The notes under the pieces are model-generated. The model worked only from the letters and a program-made list of their open reading frames with translations, was not told where the DNA came from and ran no database searches. From Owenia fusiformis (Eukaryota): a DNA stretch of 64,000 nucleotides. The DNA is taken from positions 29,760,001 to 29,824,000 of the forward strand of contig CAIIXF020000001.1 of NCBI GenBank assembly GCA_903813345.2, read 5' to 3'. The position numbers were made by a program, and so were the translations under genes. How positions within the stretch are numbered: the first letter of the stretch is position 1; the number at the start of each line of letters is the position of its first letter. Below are positions 11,879-23,800 of the stretch, one piece after another.

Positions 11879-14800
11879 ATGGCAGGTATGTTACACACGC
11901 TTTCTATAATAATGAAGTATTTTTGTAATTCCTTTCGGAGATTGTTCCAAACGGCCTCCCTAAATCTGAGCCCAAATCACGGATAGGGGCCTGTAAAATT
12001 TTAAATGTTTGGAACCACTTTGAATTTAAAACATAAGCAATCAAATGACTATATTGCAACAGTATATGCAAAAATGGAAACATATGTACAAGTCCTAACT
12101 TTTGTTTATTTCAGATAGTTATGTATATGTGCAGCAAAGCTGTGGCCCTTTGTAATATAGGGCTTTGTATAAAAAACCTCCTACCTCATACCCACCTACT
12201 CACATATGTTGGACATTGTACATTTTGTAGCAATTATGTTTGTCAAGCCTATTTGAAAAGGTGTTTTCAGTCTGAATGTATATATCAACACTACATTAGA
12301 ATCATGATGTAATGATTTTTGTATTTTTCCATTTTGCTTATGACTGTATATTTGTATATAAAACACATGTAAATAACTGTATAGTGAACCATGTGTCGGA
12401 GAGACTGACATACATAAGAGTCAATAAAAGAATATATGTATATATATATGATATAGTCTTTGACGGGTTCAATTTTAAAGATCTTAGTTTATGATGAATT
12501 ATAGATGCATTTCTAACTACCCTTGACAGCAAGTTGCTACTACAGCCCAGCTGGGTTTGATTCCCACTCGGAGCATCGAATTTAGCACACTTTCTTTCAA
12601 TTTCTTAATCTGGCTCGTTGGACCTATGCCCGCGGTCGTTATTTAGTTATTCCCCTGGGGCGCCCTCGGGTCATTACACATTACAATGCACCCATAAGCC
12701 TTTCTTTATGGATCTTTCATCGGTCTAGTCATAAAATAAAGCCGGAATTGTAGAAATGTTAATAATAAGAGCTATTTTGAGATTTAAAAATCTTTAAAAT
12801 TGAACCCTTCAATGACTGTAACATGTCCCACATAGGTGGGTATGAGGTAGGAGGTTTTTTATACAAAGCCGTAATTAAGGGAGTTTCATCCATTTTACTG
12901 TAATCGACAGACGTCAAGTAAGTTTCTGGCGAAAGCTGGAGCATAGATTATTTAGAGGACTGGAAACAAGAATGACCTACCTTTTAATTTCCCGAATCTC
13001 ACCTGAAATTAGCTCATCTTGGTGACTGTAACCGGTATATATGTATTAATAGAGTCTCTTTGTATCGCATCTGCCTCGATTTTAAAGTTTTATTGGTATT
13101 TTTAATATGATTTCACTGTTTTTGTGGACTGGTACGATTGGACCAAGCAAATGGCAGCTGACCTGTTCAGAGTACTTTTAGTACTATCGCAAATGATAAT
13201 AATTTTGGAAACAATATTATACTAAATAGATTACTAAGCATCTAAGGTAAGTAAAACTAGATGAACAACTGGGTCAATAGTGATAAATAGGCCAACACGA
13301 GTTGGCAGATTTGAAATAGACTGCCATCTTGTTTCCAGTCCTCTTTATAATCTATGCTCCAGCTTTCGCCAGAAACTTACTTGACGTTCGTGCTGTAATC
13401 ATGGGAAGTTCCCCCTATAATAGGCTATAGCCTACTGTAGTTTAACCTATAGATAGCATGAGGGGGCTTCTGTTCACTATGGCCCAAATGCATGAGATGC
13501 TAGCCTTGGATTTCATCGTCCTTCATTTGGATTAGAATTTAGAAATTAGCCCTTAGCTCAGATTACTCGTGTCTCTAGTCTCTTCTTGGCCAGAAGTAAT
13601 TTCATCTGGAACACCATGAACCATTTGAAAAAGCTGGCTGTCGTGTTAAAAATTTATTATTAAATATTTTAAAAATCGCCAGATAAATCAATCATGAATA
13701 AAATGGAACTGGGTGGCCTCCTTAATGAGATATTGCACGATTTCGTCAGGATTTTGTCTAAAATTAAATCCAAGAAAAATGGCGATATTCAAAACTGGAC
13801 GAAATGTCGTTATTGTCTGACATAAGTAACTGGCTGTAAATTCTAAGTTAGTGATCCAGAAGATGTGAACTAATACATTGATCACTTCATGTGTGTTTTG
13901 GAATTTTTGGTGAGGTAATAATACCAAAAATTGCAATTCAAATTGTGATGTGGCAAAATGGCGAACATTTGATTTCAAATTTTATGATTACGACATGACC
14001 CATATACAGCAGTAAAAAACATCCAGGGGTTTATCTTGTAGATCTAGTACAAAAAGCTATATATTTGTCCCAGACACCCCCTCTCCCTTGTTAGCTATAT
14101 ATGGAAAATGTTGACACACTCAATGTTTAGCAAAAAATATCATCATGTACCGTGTTGACAAGTATTTCGTATTATTAGATTGGGTTTTATATACTGTATA
14201 AGTGGTATTTAATCCGAGTGGTTAATTTTCCGAATGGTCAAATTTCATCATTTTCCTAATTTTAATTTTCCTAATTACAAGAAACCTCCCATTGGATAAC
14301 ATTATAAAGACAATATTTCCGACATTTAATTTTCCGAACCTGGCAAAAATTAGGAAATAGGCAAATTAAATGATTAGGCAAAATTACCACTTATACAGTA
14401 TTGGCTTTACCATTATATTATAACAGTGAAAAAGAAGATGAAAATTTGAAAAACTCCAAAATATTTTCAATATGGATGCTAGGTGCATTAATGTGTCTCT
14501 AGGGCTTTATATATCTGAGATTTGTCACGACCCCAGTGACCCTATTAAAACTCCTATAGTCAAAAAGTCACTAGAGGCTTCAACATCTATATGGAGGCGT
14601 GCAAAGAGGATTGTCGGACATAGAATTGCTGATGCAATTCCCTGGTTACCTATGTCTGGGAAGTTTGTTTTGGGGGGTTTCAGACACCCTTCTTAGCTGA
14701 CATATATCCTGACCCATTTTCTGACTTATCCTTGCAAAGTAACTAACTTTGAAGGGTATTGTTTCAGGCTGTTGTGGATGCTGCGGGCCTTTACGGCCTC

Positions 14801-17800
14801 GTTACAAGCGTCTTGTAGACAGCATCTTCCCAGCAGACCCACAGGAAGGGCTCGTCAAAAGCAACATGGAGAAGCTTACATTTTATGCACTTTCGTCACC
14901 TGAAAAGTTGGATCGTATTGGAGAATATCTTGCCCAGAGACAAAGTAGAGATGTATCAAGACGTAAAGTAGGGTAAGTATGTTCATCAACTGACTTTGTT
15001 GTTGGTGCCAAAGATAGTTATTGTTATGTCAAAACTGTGTCATCATATACATATATCTTTTATTGACTCTTTATTGTCATCACAATGAGATATGAGTCAG
15101 AAATCATCATAAAATATGAAGTACTATACACTGTAGTATTGTTTAATTGCTTTGTGAAGAGGTTCTTAGATTATGTCATTATACCCATTTTATACAAATT
15201 TTATATAACTTTTAACTCTTACATATTATAAAGAATTTGATGTTTTTATTTATGATTTCATGCAATGGACACAATGGATGTTTTTGTTTCTTATAATGTT
15301 TTCTCAATGATGAAAAACATGGACAATGACATCCTCCTAAGCAGGTGTCCAGAATCCGTACCTCCTTCTTCCCCCTGCTATAACCAATTTGGAAGCGCCC
15401 GATTTAACTGAATCACGTGATCTAATTATGTGCAATGACTTATACATGATTTCTGTTGCATTGTTGCGAAAGTCAATCAGATTGCGAGTTCTTAATCGGG
15501 GAAATGGTAACTGCTTATCGCAGGAGGTAAAAAGAAAGAATATATTCTGGATTTTGAAGCACTGTGATCGGAGGATGGGACAATGATGATGATGAATATT
15601 TCCAGGTTTGTGTTTATTGCAATGGAAGCCTTAGACCAGTTGTTACTAGCTTGCCACACCCATTCAATTAATCTGTTTGTTGATTTCAGGTTTGTGTTTA
15701 TTGCAATGGAAGCCTTGGACCAGTTGTTACTAGCTTGCCACGCCCATTCCATTAATCTGTTGATTTCAGGTTTGTGTTTATTGCAATGGAAGCCTTGGAC
15801 CAGTTGTTACTAGCTTGCCACTCCCATTCCATTAATCTGTTTGTTGATTTCAGGTTTGTGTTTATTGCAATGGAAGCCTTGGACCAGTTGTTACTGGCTT
15901 GTCACGCCCATTCCATTAATCTGTTGATTTCAGGTTTGTGTTTATTGCAATGGAAGCCTTGGACCAGTTGTTACTAGCTTGTCACGCCCATTCCATTAAT
16001 CTGTTGATTTCAGGTTTGTGTTTATTGCAATGGAAGCCTTGGACCAGTTGTTACTAGCTTGTCACGCCCATTCCATTAATCTGTTGATTTCAGGTTTGTG
16101 TTTATTGCAATGGAAGCCTTAGACCAGTTGTTACTAGCTTGTCATGCCCATTCCATTAATCTGTTGATTTCAGGTTTGTGTTTATTGCAATGGAAGCCTT
16201 GGACCAGTTGTTACTAGCTTGCCACGCCCATTCCATTAATCTGTTTGTTGATTTCAGGTTTGTGTTTATTGCAATGGAAGCCTTGGACCAGTTGTTACTA
16301 GCTTGTCACGCCCATTCCATTAATCTGTTTGTTGAGAGCTTCCTGAAGATGGTTCAAGACTTGTTAGAATGTGAGGAGCCAGAGTTGCAAGAGCTGGCCA
16401 CTGCTTCTGTAAGTATAAGCAACTTTCAGGGGCAGATAGGGCAAAGGTTGTTTTGAACTAAATTGGTATTTAGATATAATAAGGTAATGTGTTTTTGGTG
16501 CCAGATAACCTGGTCGAGAAGTCCTTGGTTTCAAGTTCATGTATATTGTTATCCCATCGAACGAAGTTCAGAGGGATATAGGGAACGCCTCCGTCCGTCC
16601 GTCTGTCCATCTGTCTGTCCGTCCGGGCAATAACTCAAATACAGTTGGCCCGATTTTGTTCATATTTTATACACATATACCCTATGAGGGTAGAAGTTCT
16701 GCTCGAAAGCCGATTTTCAAAATGGCCGCTCATTTAAAAATGGCGGCCAATTTAGTGCCAATTTTACAGTAATTTAGGTGCAGTATGTAAAACTGTAATA
16801 GCAATATGTTTTAAATGTAAAAAGATTGTATAGGACATTGATAAAGCTAGAAATGTAGATATTAAAGAAGCACATGGCAGCCATCTTGAAAAATGGCGGC
16901 CTTTACTCGTTATTTTACGGTTTTTGCTGTAACTCAAGAAGTAGTGGACCCACTTTGTTCATATTTGGTATGTGAATACTATAAGCATGGCTCACTGTCT
17001 ACTGACACTTTTGGTAGGAGGCGGCCATTTTGAAAAATGGCTGCCATTTTAACATATTTTACTATAACTCAAAAAGTAGTGGAGCAATTTTGTTCATATT
17101 TGGTTTGTGAATACTATAAGCATGGCACACTGTCTACTGACACTTTTGGTAGAAGGCGACCATTTTGAAAAATGGCCGCCGTTTTAACGTGTTTTACTAT
17201 AACTCGAAAAATGATGGAGCGATTTTGTTCATATTTGGTATGTGAATACTATAAGCATGGTACACTGTCTAATGACACTTTTGGTAGAAGGCAGCCATTT
17301 TTCAAAATGGCCACCATTTAAACATACTTTACTCGGCCTTTACTTGTTATTTTACGATTTTTGCTGTAACTTGGAAAATAGTGGAGCAATTTTGTTCATA
17401 TTTGGTATGTGAATACTATAAGCATGGCACACTGTCTATTGTCTAATGACACTTTTGGTAGAAGGCGGACATTTTGAAAAATGGCCACCATTTTAAAGTA
17501 ATTTTCTATTACTTGAAAAGTAGTGGAGTGATTTTGTTCATATTTGGTATGTGAATACTATAAAAAAGCATATTACTTCTTCTGATGACAACTTGGCTAG
17601 AGAGCAACCATTTTGAAAATGGTGGCCTTTCTTATGTGTGTTATTTTATGATATTTGCGATATATTTCGTTTGTAAAAATGCCAGCCATTTCTGTTCGAT
17701 GGGATTCGCTACGCCTTGGCATTGCTGTTGTTCTGGTTGGAGAATATTAATATATCAGCTATCTGGGGCAGTAGTATTAGGGTAGGCTATTTAAGTATAT

Positions 17801-20800
17801 GGTGATGGATAAGTATTGTGGAATATTTCATATACAAGTACATTTCCGGGGATGCTTAAGTATCTGGGTGAGGTTATTTGGAAAATGTTGTTGTCTAGAT
17901 AGGAATTTTTCATTTGCAGGATGCTTGCTATGCTCAGCACAGCACCCCACTCTCTTTAATTTCGCTTTCTGTGCTTCAGTCTAAAGCTTAAAGAAACACC
18001 TTATATAATATATAGAAAAAACAAATAATGTTGATCAGTCAGTTTATCAGACCTTTTTTAGGCTTTTCTCATTAAGAATTTTTATCAAAACTTTCAATAT
18101 CATCCTCAGTCAACATAAAAGCCATCTGAGTTGTTTTGGATGTATAATTTCATTTGAATATGTAGTACATGTACATTTATGAGCTAATAGTAGCTATCTG
18201 TAGTTGCAATGCAATCAATCCTTGTAACTTTTACATCGCCAGGACATAAAATAAAAAATGTGATTAAAATTTTCTAGGATATCCAGTTGTCCTTTTTGTC
18301 CAAAGTTTGTATCGATCCTAACTCTTTGTAATGAGTTGTGCATTAATAAAAGTACGTCTCATACGTTTCAATATGATATATGAATATATTGACCTCAATA
18401 AAAAGCGTGTTAATTGCAGTTTGTGAAGTTTGCTAACATTGAGGAGGACACACCTTCATACCACAGGAGATATGATTTCTTTGTTTCCAAGTTCAGCTCT
18501 ATGGCTCATAGTGGCAATGACAATCAAGAAGCCAGAGCCAGGTGAGTTCATCAGATTTATGATTTATTTATAGTGATAATTCATTAGATTATGTGCATTA
18601 GGAATTTATTTCTAGTTTTTTTTTTATTCATTTGTACAAAAGCATCTGTATAAAAGACATTAGGTTTAATTTTAAAACTGTATAAACTGCTTGTATAGTT
18701 AGCACTGATATTGAAAAATATAAAATTACTTCATTTTAGATCACCTGAACTTTTAGGTATAAATGTAAATATTGTAGGATTCGTAATGCTGGTCTCCAGG
18801 GACTACAGGGTGTTGTGAGGAAGACTGTATCAGATGACCTCCAGGTTAATATCTGGGAACAAACCCACATGGATAAGATAGTTCCCTCTCTCTTGTTCAA
18901 CATGCAAGATACAAGGTACAGATACTGTAAGCCTTAAGCCTAGAAAAACTTTTGACACACCCATCAAACCTTTTCTGAAAAAATGAATTTATGTGTTTCT
19001 TTTATTTTTTTAGAAATCGATATACATATTTTTCCGATATAGCAAAAATTGCTGACAAATGAAATTTGTAAGAAAATTTAGACCAAGAGGTACATGTACA
19101 TGTATGTTACTATCTTAGATTATGATATATGGTTGAGATGTTCTATTTGACTGATTTTACTACCAATTATGAATATTTAAATTCTAAAATTATATAATAA
19201 CATCCCTTTGTTCTGATTTCTGCTCAGATTGACAGCAATGGACTGTTTAGGCTTTTGCACTTGATGCACGGTCTTCATTGTCATTTTGTGTGTAGATGTT
19301 TCAATTTTTCTGGGTTTGTCCATTCTGTGGTAAATCGGATACTGTGTTTTATTTGCAGGGGTCGTAGTCATCCAGATATTGAGAGTCCTAGAGAGGAGGA
19401 CCATCCCTCCTTTGTTGCAGAGAATTGCTTTAGGGATCTTGTTTGCAGAGCATCCTTTGGTAACATAAAGGCAGTACTCAGGCCAGTTTTAATGTAAGTA
19501 AATCCTTAACTTTTTTAATCAAAACCAACTTTTCTTTTTTTGATCAATCTAAGTTAAAAGTATGAATGGCAGCCTTTGAAAATATTAACTCAAATAAAAT
19601 TGATTAGCCATAGGGTCCACACTTTTTTGTAAAACAAAACTTGTTGATTGAATAGTAAGTTTCTTTATTTACTAATGCATTAATGAATACAGTGAATATT
19701 TAATGGTAGCTTGCGGTGTCGCAAACCTTGGCGTAGTCATTGAAAGCTGTTCCCTTGGGGCATTTGACGTGGAGGGGCTTGCAGCAGATACAGGCCTTCC
19801 TGGTCTTGCTGTAGGCGTCATATTTGAAGTCACATCCACACTGGATGAAACCATATGGGTTATAATTGTCCTTGAAGAGTCCACTGGGGTTACCATAGCA
19901 TTTGCCATCACATGGATCTGGATATACAGTGAAGTTCAGTGATTCAATGGTCAAGTAGATAAGGGTGAAGTTTTGTTAAAATTGGCAAAAAGGCAAGAAT
20001 AGATATAAACTTGATGAAATGAAACAAAAATGATTTTTTCAATATTCTTGAACTTAATGGGGGTACATTCCTCCTCGCCTAAGAAATCAAGAAGTACTCA
20101 CTGTAACTGTGGGCTCTGTATGCTGGTTTGTAGCTGCACAATCCATAGCTTCCAATTTGTCCCTTGTTGCAGAGATCTCCCTTGCAGAAGTACCATTGAG
20201 CTCCATTTACATACTGGCAGTTGTTGTAAGGGTTCACTCCAAGGGGGAGATTCTCCTTGTTGGCACAGCCACGGTACACAACTGCAATAAAACATGGATA
20301 CATTTCAGTTCAAAGTTTATAAGATTTGTTTTTCTTAAAATAATCAAACCATAATAACATATACATATACATGTATTATATCTATAGTATGAAGGAAATG
20401 ATACTCCACAGGAAAGAATTGAAAACATTTTTTACTTGTTAAATACTGCTGTGTATCTATACAAATTATCATGAACTCTGCAATTACTGTACTCCATAAT
20501 TGAGTTGGAGGATTTAAGAACCGTCGTCTGAAAATCTTATGAACTTTACTCACTTCCATTTTTGTCTCTGCGAATGAAGCATGTACCAGATGCACAGGAC
20601 CATTTGTCGAGGTTATCAGCATCATCATAGTTAGTTAGAGCACATCCTTCATACCCAGCTGTAGTTGAACGCTTCCAGTAGTCGGACTGGTAGCTGTAGC
20701 CTGATGGGGCATAGTTGCAGTCAAAGCATCTGGCTGGAATTGGACAGACAAATTGATAGAGTTAAACATGTTGACTCTATGTCAATCTTGTTAAAGTTAT

Positions 20801-23800
20801 TGCTCAAAGAGGGATTAATTGAAAAAATATGACTGTACAATAAACCCTTCAAACATTTTACTGTTTTATTACTTGCAAGCACTGCAAACCTTTTCATAAT
20901 GTTCTCTACTTTCCCAGCATTGCCTTTCTAGCTCTCTAGAAAGCCCATTGTTCTAACCTACTTACATCCATATCCTTCCGCCAGCACTGCAGTTAGTCCT
21001 GCTACGAAAATAGCTACGGTCAGCATAGTTGTCGTGTTGAGAGAGCTCAGTTGAACTATGATCTCTCTCAATGTCTCAGCAGCTTTTATACATTTTGAAT
21101 TCTTAATTAAGTAACATCCTGCGCCATTGTTACATAATGTTTAATTAGACTTTGAAAGTTCCTTATGTCAGATTTTTATTTCATAAGAGTCGATTATTAA
21201 TTGTTATAGGTGTATGTAGTCACATGTGTTTAGGTATTGCATATTAATTCTTATTAGTCTGTAAGTTCTGAATGTCATTTAAGTGTTAGAAGTTTTTGAT
21301 TCGTTATTGAAATGTTTTGGCTAGATTGTTTGCCCAGATTTATAATGGGCAACAAAGTATAACAGTTTCTGTACCTGAAAAATTAGGTTGATATCCTAAA
21401 TGTCAGACCCTAATACAGGAGGCTCTTTATAAGAGATATAGGTGTACAATTTTGATGCTGATAAGATCTAAATGAGCCATGAGTAGCTGTCATGGCCTTC
21501 AATGAGAATATCATTATGGAATGAATGCCAGCTTCTTATGAGTATAAAATTCTGTGAATGCCCTTTTTGGGAAGCTGGATTTTTATTGAGGATTTTTATT
21601 GGTTAAGGTTAGATCAAAATGTTATTTCTAACTCAGAGTGTAGAACAAAAATTAATGATGTATTGGAAAGGGTATTAGGTTTATTACATTGAGTTAAAAA
21701 AATTACCAAAATTTGGGCCACCCCCTACTTGATGTATTTGTTGCTCATGCTCTAGTACCTTGTATATTTCAGGCACCTGGACAATCACAGACTGTGGGTT
21801 CCTAATGACTTTGCTGTGAAATGTTTCAAAGTTGTCATGTTCTCAGTGCAGGTATGTTGCTATATATTTGTATATGTACACTGTGTAGTAAGTTGATCAG
21901 CAACAATGAATACTTTGTAATGAAAGTGTTCAGTCAATATTTTTGTGCCCATTTATCTGTATACTCTGATCTTGATTTTCCGAAGACTGTTTTCCTAAGT
22001 TAATATATACTCGTGGCCAAATGAAATATTATTTTTTGATATGTCATCTCTATCATAGATTCTTTATCTAGTTTTTTTCATTGTATTATGTGTTTAAACA
22101 AATGTAATTCTTCTTATTAAGGCCCAGTATGGCTATGTGGTGGTTCAAATGTTAATGAGTCACTTAGATGAACACAGTAAGAGTCAGCCAAGGATGAAGG
22201 CCAGTATAGTGGATGTCCTTGCAGAAACAGTCCTCATAGCAGCTGGAGGCTCAATAGGTAGGTACCTAGTTTACATCCTTCAGCATAATTGTTGTCTAGC
22301 TTCCCCCACATTGTAGTTTGAATTAAGGCTGGTAGAGTGCAATGACTGGGAACGTTCAGTTTTATTAACCTGACCATTTATTCTACTCATCATACCTAAC
22401 TTCATGTTAAGCAGCATTTTTATTGTATTGTTTTTCTTGATTTCCCCATGGTAACTGCAGATATCATAATATTTTCCAGGGCCCTCAGTGTTGGAAGTGT
22501 TTAATACTCTGTTGAGGCACATCCGAGTTTCCGTTGACAATAAAACAACAGACAAGGATCGCCTTAGTGATGAGAAGAAATTCCAAGAATCTTGCATTAA
22601 CACTATTGGTAAGTTTACAAGGTTGAATAATTATGTTTTGGAAATACTATAAGGAAAATGTTTTATGAAAATGTTGAATGTCTCTGTAGCTTTAAGTTTT
22701 CCTGGTCTATTCTTTTATTTATTTTTGTTTGTACAACAAATATGGTCCCAACGGTTTAGTTCTCCTGTTTTCAATAAAATGCCAAACATTTGTTTAGGTG
22801 AATTTGCAAACAACTTGCCTGATTATCAGAAGATAGAGATTATGATGTTTGTCATGGGGAAAGTAAACACGTCAACGGATGACAAGCCTAGGTAGGTGTT
22901 TTACTTATCTTTCGCTTGGAAACTGCATTATTTTTAGCAAAGTACTGTAGTAATATATTTCCACAGTATATTTTCTTTGAAACATTCCTCTAAGAATTAC
23001 CATCTATTGTCTAAAGGAAAGATTTTAGAAAAATGGTCCTCGGATTCATAAACTATGTTCAATCCACCACTATTCACAACTAAAAAACATACAGATACAT
23101 TTTATTTTTCAGTGATAGTAAAGATGTCATGCTCCAAACTATGTTATTAAAGACTCTGCTAACTGTAAGTTTACAAATCTCATATGTAATTAAGATTTTA
23201 TTGCTCTTGTAACTAAAGTATAAGAAATGAAAATGTCTTGAAATATATTCTTTTGTACATGTATAGAATTTGTTGGATTAGTGCTATAGACCTATTCAGG
23301 CTTTCTTATCATCAACAGTGTATCATATTATTTGTATTGGATCATATGGTTTCAATTCCATTCATTAAATTTTGATTACTCATTGCATTTTCCAGGTTGC
23401 AACTAAGTATAAAACTGTCCTTATGAGTAACGCATTCACATTGCCTTTCCTGGAACCCTTGATGAGGATGTCCATTTCAAGCGATCCAGGAATACGACTC
23501 CTAGTTCAAGAAATCTTACACACTCTATTAGACAGACATAACAATCTCCCAAAGCTGAAAACTGTCAAGTAAGTCTGGCTAGACAAAATAATGGGGTTTT
23601 AAATGGACATTCAAGTTTAATTGAATCAAAGTGTTGGTATGGATTTTGATTAAAAAGTATATGGTCTTAGACTTCTCCTTATTATGTAAATAAAACATAT
23701 CTCCCATTCTCTTAATTTTTGCCAAATGCAATATATTTTGATTCATGGCTGAAATGTCATATCGAAAGTGTAAGATAAGTTCTGTTTTAGATGTACAATT

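Noticed and set aside
14749-14767. ORF-track start (TTG) for EFR3
   Set aside because: It lies in the intron upstream of the acceptor at 14767; ATGGCAG at 11879 supplies a phase-compatible start.
19228-19244. Possible additional EFR3 microexon after tgctcag
   Set aside because: The nearest GT gives 17 nt, which is not frame-preserving, and the donor is weak.
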